From the NCBI GenBank assembly GCA_964640155.1, contig CAZXEQ010000001.1, forward strand, positions 306,403-338,402: 32,000 bases of DNA. The letters are read 5' to 3'. The notes under the pieces are model-generated. The model was not told the DNA's origin. It saw nothing but the letters and a program-made list of their open reading frames with translations, and did no database searches. Shown here piece after piece: positions 7,865 to 16,784 of this stretch; within the stretch, counting starts at the first letter, position 1; every line of letters starts with the position of its first letter. Position numbers and translations under genes: made by a program. This stretch comes from an uncultured bacterium (GTDB lineage Bacteria; Auribacterota; JACPWU01).

Positions 7865-10800
7865 TCAGGCAGATATATCTATCGCACCGTTAGCAGGTTT
7901 TGACGAGCCATTTGATCTTTGTAGCGCCTCGAGTTGTCTGAAAAGATCGTCAGCATTATAAAAGTGAGAGACATCTGCATCTGCCAATAAAAGGCTTAAT
8001 ACATACTGAGGAGCATTCGGCCATACTGCAAGTGTTAAACTATTAGCAATACGTCTTTCGCGCCTGTGAAAATCTTCATAAAGAGAAGGTTCCAAACTTC
8101 TTTCCGCATAGAGGGATAAAAAAGCCTTCCAAAGTTCTACCGGTCTTGTTTTAATCCATATTCTAACTTGGTCCATATTAACCTCTCCACTCTCACCCAT
8201 TTCCATACAAATTCCTTTTCCAAAAAGCAACGAAAAGTCTCCTCTTTGCAATGCCCCATCCAAAGCCTTATCTAAGAGATATTGAGCAACTTGTGTTTGT
8301 GCAATTTTTTCGAACTCGTCAAAACCTTTTAAGCTATCAAACAGAAGAGTTAATTCTTCAACATCCTGTATAGGCCCTTCAAGAAGCCCCTTTACAACTC
8401 TTTGTAGTCCTTCTACACCCTCAAAAAGAGTACGAGCATATTTTTCAGGAAGGGAATAACTTTTAACGTGAATATATTTTTGATTAAAGGGTAATTCTCC
8501 TGGAGGTCCAATAAAATAAAAGGTTCTTTCTTTAGAAGGGTCTGCCATTTCAGCTAAAACCCTCTTAAATCGATTAGCTTTGCCATTTTCCATATTTCCA
8601 AAAACAACAACGTTATAAAAAGGTTTTAATCCTTGAGCAATCGATATCCGTTCTTCTTTAAAATCTTTTTGCTCCCCCTTTATGGAATCAGCACTTTTTG
8701 AGTGTAAATGAAGTTCAATGCCTTTGTCTCTAAATAATTTAATAATCTCTTGAGCAAGCTGAACATACTCTGCGGACACTTTAAATCTTACAGGAAAAGC
8801 GGTAGCTAAAAAAGGCCGAGCAAGAATGCCTGTTAAAAAAACGCCATCTCCTTCTCTAAAACCATATTGGGCCATTCGCTTTAGCCACTGCATTTTATCG
8901 GTCATTTCTTTTTCAGTCATCTCGGGGACTTGCGCCCCGTTCCCATCTCTACCTTCTAAAACAAATGCCATGGGATGAAACTGGTCTTGATAAAACATTG
9001 TCCAAACGGAGAATACACTTTGTCGCAAGTCTTGTAAGGAATTTATACAAAAATCCATTTCGTCAGAAATACCTTTTCTCCCATCAGCTAAAGAAAGTCC
9101 TAACAAGCAATAATCTTTTGCAAGACTTACATCTCCTTCTATTTGCATGTGATAACGTGTAAGACCATCGTAAAGTTTTATTAAACTAAGTCGAGCAATT
9201 TCTGCTTTATATTTCTGATCACTTTGGAGTTCCTCATTTAAAGCTTGAATCTGCCCCTGAACAAAAGCCAATGCTATTTCTCCAAAATCCTTATCTTTTC
9301 GAACAGCACTATCCACTACCGTTTCAAAAAGATGCATAACTCTTACATGCTTAAATCTTCTTCCCAACTGATGAAGGTCTTCTACGCTACAAAATCGAAG
9401 TCCTTTTTCTATACTTTGATTTGTAATGTAATATTCTCCTTCTTCAGATCTAAAAAGATCTTCAATAAAATCAATCGCATTTTTAGGAGAATGTTTAAAA
9501 ATTTCGTGCATTTCTCTTGGCCAAACACAAAAAGAGATATCTTTCCCAAACTGACCTATTTCTTCGTATAAGCCCATTCCAAGTTTTTCTTCATCTTCAT
9601 CGTCTAATGGCCTTTTTTTAATTTGAATGACTCTTTCAGATAAACCAACCTTTACAGGCACAAAAAAGTCTTTTCCCAAAAAGACAGCTGATGCCCAATC
9701 TACTTGAAGCTGCTGAGCAATTCCCTTCATTTTTTCTAACTTCCTTTTAATTTCTCCTATAGGGATACGCCGTTGATATCCACTTTTATTTCCTATCCGA
9801 ACATAATGTTCATAGCCTTTAACAAGATTTTCTCCTCTTGTATCTCTCAATTTTTCTAAGAACTCCTGAAACATCATTGCCTGAGCAAAAATTGTCTCCC
9901 AAGGAATCGCATTTCCAAATGGGTTAAGAGCAAAAGAAGAAGCAGGGGCTAAAGCTTGAGACAAACTTTTAAATCCTGAATCAAAAGGTGTCAAAACTCC
10001 ATTCATCACGGATAAATAAGCAGAATCATTTACCTTTGAGGAAAGAGTTGGCGTCATCACCACATAAGAAATATGCTCACTCTTAAACCCTTGTGTTAAA
10101 CCGGCTGTATGAAAGCCTCCTGTAATCAATACCGCACAAGAAGCTTTTTCTTCTTTTATTTTGTCAAACGCCTTTGAAAGAATGGCTTGATCTCGTTTAA
10201 CAGCAGTTTCATAAAATCCTTCTATCGTTGAACATTTTTCCAGAAGACTTTTAAGAAAATCCTGTTGAACAAAAGAAGTCGATTCCGACGAAAATTTATC
10301 AATGAGCATTTTCCACTTTTCAGCGAAGTAAAGTCCTTTCCCCTTTAAATAAGTCTGAAATTCCTCATGAGAGAAATTAAGCTGGCCAAAGTTTTTAAGT
10401 CCCTCTAGAAAGAGAAAGAATTGATCCAGATCTTTTTCTTCTTCATTTCGATAGAGAGAAGATCGAATTTCGTTTTCCAAAGTTTTTAACTCTTTAGAAA
10501 AATCCGGAAAAGAAATGTCATCTCGAAGCGAAAGAATCCTAACAAACCTCTTTAAATTAGGATAATTAGACCAATCTATATTTTCTTTCAGAGAAAGATG
10601 ATATAAAAATTTAAAAAAATCACTTTGAGAAATTTTATTCAATTTTTGAAGAAGTGTTTCTTCTACCAATTTCTTAAGATTTTCTTGACTCAGTTGAGAT
10701 TGCAATCGTATTAATAAATTTTTGATTTCTTCATTAGATGCCTTAGTATCAATTTTCTTTTGCAAACTTGTCATGCGTAAAAAATTAAAAAAAGAAGGAT

Positions 10801-11533
10801 ATGTTTGCTTTAAAGAATCTTTTTTCTTCCTAACTTTTTTCAAAAAAGAAGCATATTTTTCTAAAGATAATTGACCTTGATTATAAGAACTCACGCAGTC
10901 ATTAAGCTTCAAGAGATCTTTGGAAAAAATTCTAGTTTTTGCATTTTCAAAGGAGCTTTGAACATGCTCAATTGTTTGAGAAAATTCTTTTTTAAGTAAT
11001 TGAGCTTTCTTGAAATAATCAAAATTTTTAAGATACAGCTCTCTCTCCTCAATACCAAATAGAATGGGTTCTTCTAAATTCATGATGGCATAATACTCTG
11101 CTCCTGAAAGCCATCCTCTTTTTAAAAAACACTCTGAAATACGTTCTCTGGTCTCTTTATCTTGAATACAAGCTAATGGAGAAACATCTACCATGCCCTG
11201 AGCTCCTTCTACAAGAATAAGAGGTATATTTCCTTTGGGCAAAACTTTTGAAAAGATAGAAATTACTTGAGCAATATTTTTTTGAGCTTCGAACTGGGCA
11301 TGAGGATCTTGAATATGAAGAATAAATCTTCCTTTTGAACCCTGATATTTTTCAGAAACACTTCCATAAGAAGAAGGAACTTGGCTGATAAAGTCTGTGA
11401 TGGAAAAATCAGGAGACGATGAGGATTCAGAAACATTTTCTGCAGACAAAGACTGAGGAAAAGTTTGCTCGCAAAGAAAAAAGCAGAGCAAAATGAAAGA
11501 ATATTTAGCTTTACCTTGATTCTTCTTGACCAT
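7865..11533 (-). CDS. Large secreted protein of unknown function (about 1222 aa)
   Basis: Long uninterrupted ORF. I prefer the ATG at 11533 (MVKKNQGKAKYSFILLCFFLC...), which has GGGGGA 9 nt upstream, over the TTG at 11539. The hydrophobic N-terminus is consistent with a signal peptide. I recognise no confident domain; see findings for a weak motif set. Confidence 0.75.
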   Translation of the reverse strand: MVKKNQGKAKYSFILLCFFLCEQTFPQSLSAENVSESSSSPDFSITDFISQVPSSYGSVSEKYQGSKGRFILHIQDPHAQFEAQKNIAQVISIFSKVLPKGNIPLILVEGAQGMVDVSPLACIQDKETRERISECFLKRGWLSGAEYYAIMNLEEPILFGIEERELYLKNFDYFKKAQLLKKEFSQTIEHVQSSFENAKTRIFSKDLLKLNDCVSSYNQGQLSLEKYASFLKKVRKKKDSLKQTYPSFFNFLRMTSLQKKIDTKASNEEIKNLLIRLQSQLSQENLKKLVEETLLQKLNKISQSDFFKFLYHLSLKENIDWSNYPNLKRFVRILSLRDDISFPDFSKELKTLENEIRSSLYRNEEEKDLDQFFLFLEGLKNFGQLNFSHEEFQTYLKGKGLYFAEKWKMLIDKFSSESTSFVQQDFLKSLLEKCSTIEGFYETAVKRDQAILSKAFDKIKEEKASCAVLITGGFHTAGLTQGFKSEHISYVVMTPTLSSKVNDSAYLSVMNGVLTPFDSGFKSLSQALAPASSFALNPFGNAIPWETIFAQAMMFQEFLEKLRDTRGENLVKGYEHYVRIGNKSGYQRRIPIGEIKRKLEKMKGIAQQLQVDWASAVFLGKDFFVPVKVGLSERVIQIKKRPLDDEDEEKLGMGLYEEIGQFGKDISFCVWPREMHEIFKHSPKNAIDFIEDLFRSEEGEYYITNQSIEKGLRFCSVEDLHQLGRRFKHVRVMHLFETVVDSAVRKDKDFGEIALAFVQGQIQALNEELQSDQKYKAEIARLSLIKLYDGLTRYHMQIEGDVSLAKDYCLLGLSLADGRKGISDEMDFCINSLQDLRQSVFSVWTMFYQDQFHPMAFVLEGRDGNGAQVPEMTEKEMTDKMQWLKRMAQYGFREGDGVFLTGILARPFLATAFPVRFKVSAEYVQLAQEIIKLFRDKGIELHLHSKSADSIKGEQKDFKEERISIAQGLKPFYNVVVFGNMENGKANRFKRVLAEMADPSKERTFYFIGPPGELPFNQKYIHVKSYSLPEKYARTLFEGVEGLQRVVKGLLEGPIQDVEELTLLFDSLKGFDEFEKIAQTQVAQYLLDKALDGALQRGDFSLLFGKGICMEMGESGEVNMDQVRIWIKTRPVELWKAFLSLYAERSLEPSLYEDFHRRERRIANSLTLAVWPNAPQYVLSLLLADADVSHFYNADDLFRQLEALQRSNGSSKPANGAIDISA

Positions 11534-11713
11534 GGACAATTTCCCCCATCATGACCAAAAAAAGAATAGCGTTTAAGCTTGTAAATCTTGAAGATTATTC
11601 AAAAACTGAAGAAAAAATTTGAAGAAACAGAGTATGAAATATATGTTAACTTCCAAAGATTATATAAAAGTCTTCTCTCTTTGCCAACAAAGAAAAACAT
11701 CCAATCTTAAAAA

Positions 11714-12634
11714 TTAGGCCAATGCTTCTACAACAGCACCCTGCCGGGCCACATTAAGAATTTTGATTTGGGCTGATATTTTAGCCTGTTCGAGCTTTTC
11801 GGAAAGTACTCTCATCACTTCAAAAGGAGTTTCATGATGATTTACAAAGGAAAGTATGGTGGGGCCTGAACCACTGACAACCGTCCCACAACTACTAGAC
11901 TGTGAAGCAAGATCAAAGATTTTTCTCATTTGTGGGGCCAAGTTGAATCGATATGGCTGATGAAGCTTGTCTTTAACGGCCACAGGCAAAAGATCATATC
12001 GACCTGCAACCAAAGCAGCCGTCAAAAAAGACGCGCGCCCTAAATTAAAAACAGCATCTGAGAATGAAACTTTTTTAGGAAGAACTTGCCTTGCCTTCTG
12101 AGTTGAAACTTTAAAATTAGGAACAACAATGACTAACTGTAATCCTAAAGGCACTGGCAAAGGCAGGAAAACAACTTCATCTGCTTCGAGAAGAGATAAA
12201 GACAACCCTCCAACCAAGGCAGGAACAAGATTATCTGGATGCTCTTCAAGTTTTAAAGCAAGTTTAAGAATCTCTGAATCAGGAAGTCTTTTTCGGCTCA
12301 GGGCTCCTGCAGCAAGCAAACCTCCTATAATGGTAGCTGCACTGCTTCCAAGACCTCTCGCAAGAGGAATGCGATTAATCATTCGAACTTGAAGACCTTT
12401 AGGGCGTGATTTTCCCACAGCCTTTAATCCCAAATCCATGGCTTGAATGAAAAGATTGCGTGAATTTTCTGGTAATTCCTTTGCTCCTTCACCTTCAATC
12501 TCAACGGAAAGACTTTTGCCGGTCAGGCGCAGCTCAGCCTCATTAAATAATTCTAGAGCTAAGCCAACGGTGTCAAAACCTGGGCCTAAATTGCTAGTTG
12601 AAGCACTAACTCGAATACGAAATCCTTGTGCCAT
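11714..12634 (-). CDS. thrB: Homoserine kinase
   Basis: 306 aa. N-terminus RVSASTSNLGPGFDTVGLAL and GHMP-kinase motif PLARGLGSSAATIIGGL. Size and pattern are typical of ThrB. Confidence 0.85.
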   Translation of the reverse strand: MAQGFRIRVSASTSNLGPGFDTVGLALELFNEAELRLTGKSLSVEIEGEGAKELPENSRNLFIQAMDLGLKAVGKSRPKGLQVRMINRIPLARGLGSSAATIIGGLLAAGALSRKRLPDSEILKLALKLEEHPDNLVPALVGGLSLSLLEADEVVFLPLPVPLGLQLVIVVPNFKVSTQKARQVLPKKVSFSDAVFNLGRASFLTAALVAGRYDLLPVAVKDKLHQPYRFNLAPQMRKIFDLASQSSSCGTVVSGSGPTILSFVNHHETPFEVMRVLSEKLEQAKISAQIKILNVARQGAVVEALA

Positions 12635-12874
12635 ATGTCAAAACCCCTTTGCTTCCCCCATATTTCAAAATCAAAGGTGTTACCAAACCTTAATCTCAAG
12701 GTTTCTAAAAGGACCACAGTATATAGAAAATAAAAGAGAAATGATAGCAAAAAGAGATAAAATAGTAGTATTTCTATAACCAGCTCTAACACAATAAATT
12801 AAATTCAATCTTTTGGCTAATTTATGAGTAATATCTTAAAAGATGGTTAAGAGTTAATCCTTCCTATCCGGCCT

Positions 12875-14188
12875 TTAGAGAGGGAAATGGGTTTTAACCC
12901 AAGCAAGAGCTTCTTCAGAAGTTGAGATTTTCTTTTCTAAGCATGCATCCTCAACCGAAGTCAGAATTTCTTTAAAACGAGGGCCAGGAGCATAACCCAT
13001 TTGAATAAGATCATTACCTGTAATCAAAGGTTCTGGCCTGGGCTTTTCCTGCTGGAAAAGAGCATATTCTTTATTTAGAAAATCCCAATTATCTAAAATG
13101 CCATGGCTGGCCAAGCAATCCGCTCTATGCATGACAAGCTCCGTCACAAAAGTGGATCTTGTCATAAATCGCTTTAATTTTGCTTCTCGCATCAGCTGAA
13201 CATCTTTAAAACGCATATGATTCAAAACACATGCACAAATATCTTCAATTTCATGATTTGAAAATCGCAAACGACGTAAAATTTCTTCTGTCATGCGAGC
13301 CCCTACTTCAGGATGTCCATTAAAGCGAATGCGATCAGAAATGGTTTTTGTAGGAGGTTTGCCTACATCATGAAAAAGAGAACCAAAAGCCAAAACTAAA
13401 TCTGCATTTTCTAAAAGATCCAGCATGATTTTAGTGTGAATATAAACATCCCCTTCGGGATGAAATTCAGGAGGTTGTTCCACCCCTTTCATCGCTTCCA
13501 CTTCAGGCAAAATAACTTTCAAAAGACCTGAAGCACTTAAAAGTTCCAAACCATGCCCCGGTCGAGGTCCCGTAAAAATCTTAATCAATTCATCACGAAT
13601 CCGTTCTGCACTCACAACCTCGATTTTAGGAGCAAAATCGACGAGACATTCAAAAGTATTCTTATCTATTTCAAAATTGAGATTCGTCGCAAAACGGACA
13701 GCTCGCAGAAGTCTCAGCTTATCTTCTTCAAATCGCCTCTGAGGCTCCCCAATAGTGCGTATTACTTTTCTTTTGATATCTTCCTGGCCCCCTACATAAT
13801 CAATGACTTGATTAGCCTCAGGATCGTAAAGAAGGCCATTCACTGTAAAATCGCGGCGTTTGACATCTTCTTGGCTGGAAGTAAATTCAACTTTAGAGGG
13901 ATGTCGTCCATCTACATATTCAGCATCGTTTCGAAATGTCGCAACTTCAAACTCTTGACCTTCCAAAAGCACTAACACCACACCAAACTGAACACCCACC
14001 GGCACAGTTTTAGCAAATAAATGCATGACTTCCTCTGGCTTGGCACTGGTGGCAATATCGAAATCATTAGGATCTTTGCCCATCACCATATCCCGAACAC
14101 ATCCCCCTGCCCAAAAAGCTTCAAAACCTTTTTTTCGAAGAGTTTGTACAATTTGATTCGCTAAATTTCTTTTTGAGGAAATGTTCAT
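12875..14188 (-). CDS. cca: CCA-adding tRNA nucleotidyltransferase with HD domain
   Basis: 437 aa: GGCVRDMVMGKDPNDFDIAT (PolyA_pol head motif), RDFTVNGL, and an HD motif (LFHDVGKP). This fits the tRNA gene in this window, which lacks an encoded CCA. Confidence 0.85.
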   Translation of the reverse strand: MNISSKRNLANQIVQTLRKKGFEAFWAGGCVRDMVMGKDPNDFDIATSAKPEEVMHLFAKTVPVGVQFGVVLVLLEGQEFEVATFRNDAEYVDGRHPSKVEFTSSQEDVKRRDFTVNGLLYDPEANQVIDYVGGQEDIKRKVIRTIGEPQRRFEEDKLRLLRAVRFATNLNFEIDKNTFECLVDFAPKIEVVSAERIRDELIKIFTGPRPGHGLELLSASGLLKVILPEVEAMKGVEQPPEFHPEGDVYIHTKIMLDLLENADLVLAFGSLFHDVGKPPTKTISDRIRFNGHPEVGARMTEEILRRLRFSNHEIEDICACVLNHMRFKDVQLMREAKLKRFMTRSTFVTELVMHRADCLASHGILDNWDFLNKEYALFQQEKPRPEPLITGNDLIQMGYAPGPRFKEILTSVEDACLEKKISTSEEALAWVKTHFPL

Positions 14189-14214
14189 GATAGGAAAATC
14201 ACTTTTCGGAAGGT

Positions 14215-15819
14215 CTATGATTCACGTTTTGGGTTTGATCTTTTACGTTTCAATCCATAGGAATTTTTAATCCATTGATCTAAAACACCTTTTGGATTTT
14301 CTAACACTTCTTGTGTAATTTCGAAATCTTCTTTTCCTGAATTTTGAAAAATAAGAGCCAGACCATATTCATAATTTTTCAACCTTTCTCGGCAAAGATC
14401 TTGTACCGACCCTGCCCCTTCATGATAAGCCTTTGAAATCCAGCTTTGAGCACTTTCGTCAAAATGAATTTTGACGCCATGTTGAGCTAAAAATTCTCTT
14501 TCAAATGAATCCAGCTGGAGAACAATAAATTCATGATCAATAAAATCGGGGTTGGCTAACATTCGCTTAAGTTCTTCTTCTGGATTTTCAATCAAAGAAG
14601 GAGTAATGACAAAACGTTGAACATTTGTAGAAGGAAGCTCATATTTAAAATTTCTCAAGGCTTTCTCACATACAGTAAACAAGCCTCGGGCTCCTGTTTT
14701 TTCAAGAGAGGCCTTGTGAGCAATGGTTCGCAAAGCATCTTCTGAGAAAATGGCTTCAATGCCATAAGCCTTAAAATCTGAAACGTATTGTCGAATCACA
14801 GAATCTTCAGAATTTTTTAAAATATGATAAAGATCTTTTTCCGAAAGATCATTTAAAACGACACGTACGGGTAGTCGCCCTATAAATTCGGGATCAAATC
14901 CAAACTTTACAAAATCATGCGTTGCGGCTTGATGATGGAAAATACTCTCAGCTTTTTTTTCAGAAAGACCAGACTGAAAACCAATCGAACGAATTTCTAA
15001 TCTTTTTTTCACAATTTCAGGAAGTCCATCAAAAGCACCGCTCATGATAAAAAGAATATGCCTTGTATTAATCGTCTTTCTGTCAATTTTTCCTTTGGAT
15101 TGAAACTCCATCACCGCCTGAATCTGCCCCGTCAAATCATTGGCTGTTCTTAAAGGAATTTCTGTCTCTTCCATTAATTTCAAAAGACCTCTTTGCACAC
15201 CCTGCCCACTCACATCTCTACCTAATAAATTAACCGGGGCTGCAATTTTATCTGCTTCATCCAAATAAACAATGCCGTACTGAGCCCATTCGACATCACC
15301 ATTGGCCTTATGCACCAAATCTCGAATCAAATCCTCAACATCTCCGCCCACATAACCCGTTTCACTAAATTTCGTCGCATCCGATTTAATAAAAGGAACC
15401 CCTATCAACTGGGCAATCGTTTTAACCAAATAAGTTTTTCCTACCCCAGTCGGACCAATCAAAAGAACGTTTTGTTTTGAATAACTTCCACAGTTGTTTT
15501 TACCCATGCAAGTAGCAACGTGATGATAATGATCACAAACTGCAACAGCTAAAACTTTTTTAGCTTCTTCTTGCTGAATAATAAAGCGATCTAAATAGGC
15601 TTTGACATCCTTGGGTTTTAAATCAAAATTCACGGGATGAGAAGATTTTTTCTCTGTCGAAGTCTCTGATTTTGGCTTAAAGATATCAGGCTGAGGAAAA
15701 GCAAATCCCATCACTTTATCCCCAAACTTTTCCTTCATAAATTTGGAAAGTTCTTTTTGAAACTCTTCAAAACTTGGGGTTTGCTCCCCTTTTTCTAATG
15801 TATCGTCTTTATCGCTCAT
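14215..15819 (-). CDS. ClpX-family AAA+ unfoldase paralog lacking the N-terminal zinc-binding domain, with a C-terminal extension
   Basis: - ClpX-specific blocks: IIQQEEAKKVLAVAVCDHYHH; Walker A LLIGPTGVGKT; pore loop ETGYVGGDVE; Walker B IVYLDEADKI followed by GRDVSGQGVQRGLLKLMEET; an IGF tripeptide (RSIGFQSG); sensor region TGARGL.
- The true start is the ATG at 15819, 8 nt after AAAGGAGGTG.
- The track start at 15981 would read through the structured element at 15910..16007. Confidence 0.85.
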   Translation of the reverse strand: MSDKDDTLEKGEQTPSFEEFQKELSKFMKEKFGDKVMGFAFPQPDIFKPKSETSTEKKSSHPVNFDLKPKDVKAYLDRFIIQQEEAKKVLAVAVCDHYHHVATCMGKNNCGSYSKQNVLLIGPTGVGKTYLVKTIAQLIGVPFIKSDATKFSETGYVGGDVEDLIRDLVHKANGDVEWAQYGIVYLDEADKIAAPVNLLGRDVSGQGVQRGLLKLMEETEIPLRTANDLTGQIQAVMEFQSKGKIDRKTINTRHILFIMSGAFDGLPEIVKKRLEIRSIGFQSGLSEKKAESIFHHQAATHDFVKFGFDPEFIGRLPVRVVLNDLSEKDLYHILKNSEDSVIRQYVSDFKAYGIEAIFSEDALRTIAHKASLEKTGARGLFTVCEKALRNFKYELPSTNVQRFVITPSLIENPEEELKRMLANPDFIDHEFIVLQLDSFEREFLAQHGVKIHFDESAQSWISKAYHEGAGSVQDLCRERLKNYEYGLALIFQNSGKEDFEITQEVLENPKGVLDQWIKNSYGLKRKRSNPKRES

Positions 15820-15909
15820 TTTAATCTCTTCACCTCCTTTAATCATTATAGCATTGTCTAGTTTACATGTAAAAAAGAGGTTAAAAGATAAATGCCAGAG
15901 TTTGTGGAC

Positions 15910-16007
15910 AAAAGTGCGTCCTTTATAGATGCGGGTGACACTCGGCGGGGAGCCCCATCGAGCGTAACTTTTAGTGAGCACGATGGGGCTGTCGAGTGGC
16001 AGGACCC
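15910..16007 (+). ncRNA. Unclassified GC-rich structured RNA-like element, copy 2 of 2 (paralog at 3024..3121)
   Basis: Same 98-nt architecture as copy 1. The inner helix 15951..15960 / 15981..15990 is fully Watson-Crick, with A-U and U-A where copy 1 has G-U and C-G. It is followed by actactttttg. Confidence 0.45.
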
Positions 16008-16088
16008 ACTACTTTTTGAAAAAAAATACACTTTTATATACAACATCATGCTTCACGATTAAATCTTCCAATGCTAAAATGAACAATT

Positions 16089-16415
16089 ATGAACCCACAA
16101 AAACCCAATTTGATTCAATGCCCTCAATGCGGACAAAAATCTGCTCTAAAAATTGAGAAGGTTTTTGATGATCTCTTTAATTTGATAGGTGAAAGAAAAA
16201 TTTGTGCTTTTTGTAAATTTGAGTTTAAAGAAGATGAAATCCAGTATGCTTCTTCAAAAACACCTAAAATATTTGATCCAAAAGCAGAGCGAAGGATTTG
16301 CCAGTATTGCAGACATTATGTCATGAATGCCTGGACACAAAAATGTATGTTGTGGAACAAAGAAGTAACTGCAACAGATTCATGCGAGAAGTTTGAGAAA
16401 AAGAAAATGCTTTAA
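16089..16415 (+). CDS. Small cysteine-rich (three CxxC) zinc-ribbon-like protein, function unknown
   Basis: 108-aa ORF with CPQC, CAFC and CQYC plus two further Cys near the C-terminus (C-x12-C). It is the only plus-strand gene in this neighbourhood, and its stop is 11 nt from the stop of the convergent DCC gene. Confidence 0.55.
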   Translation: MNPQKPNLIQCPQCGQKSALKIEKVFDDLFNLIGERKICAFCKFEFKEDEIQYASSKTPKIFDPKAERRICQYCRHYVMNAWTQKCMLWNKEVTATDSCEKFEKKKML

Positions 16416-16426
16416 TCTATACTTCA

Positions 16427-16783
16427 TCAACTTTGATTATCTCTTATCTTCAAAATCATTTGATAAAAAGCCTTTAAAAGGAATTTTCTCCCAGGGAAAT
16501 GGAGTAGAATCCATCTGAGGATTTTCCCTCCCGGCAATGCTCCAATCACATAAGGGATTCCTTCATCTCCGCTGAAGACGCGTCCGTCTGGTAACACAAA
16601 ATGAAAACTTCCCTCCAACTTTTCCTGTGACATATTTCCTGCTAATTCTTCAACCAAAGGATCATCAAAAGGAACAAAAACAATGTCATTTTTTCGATCT
16701 AACTGCTTGATAAATTTCATCAAATTGACACACAGAGTGCAGTTCCAATCATAGATAAGATAAAAAGGATTTTCATTTTTCAT
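16427..16783 (-). CDS. DCC-family (DUF393) thiol-disulfide oxidoreductase-like protein
   Basis: 118 aa. The N-terminal LIYDWNCTLC matches the family hallmark YDG-x-C-x-x-C. The remainder follows the DUF393 layout (IVFVPF..., C-terminal FYQMILKIR). Its start is 1 nt after the DUF2063 stop. Confidence 0.7.
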   Translation of the reverse strand: MKNENPFYLIYDWNCTLCVNLMKFIKQLDRKNDIVFVPFDDPLVEELAGNMSQEKLEGSFHFVLPDGRVFSGDEGIPYVIGALPGGKILRWILLHFPGRKFLLKAFYQMILKIRDNQS

Positions 16784-16784
16784 A

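Noticed and set aside
12447-12792. 110-aa plus-strand and 68-aa minus-strand ORFs in and around the thrB/cca intergenic region.
   Set aside because: - The plus-strand ORF is mostly antisense to thrB.
- The minus-strand ORF overlaps the thrB start in another frame and is low-complexity (L/F-rich), without SD or family resemblance.
15820-15981. N-terminal 54 residues of the 588-aa ORF-track call for the ClpX-like gene.
   Set aside because: - A strong AAAGGAGGTG SD sits 8 nt before the internal ATG at 15819.
- The extension has no ClpX similarity and is translated through the conserved structured element.
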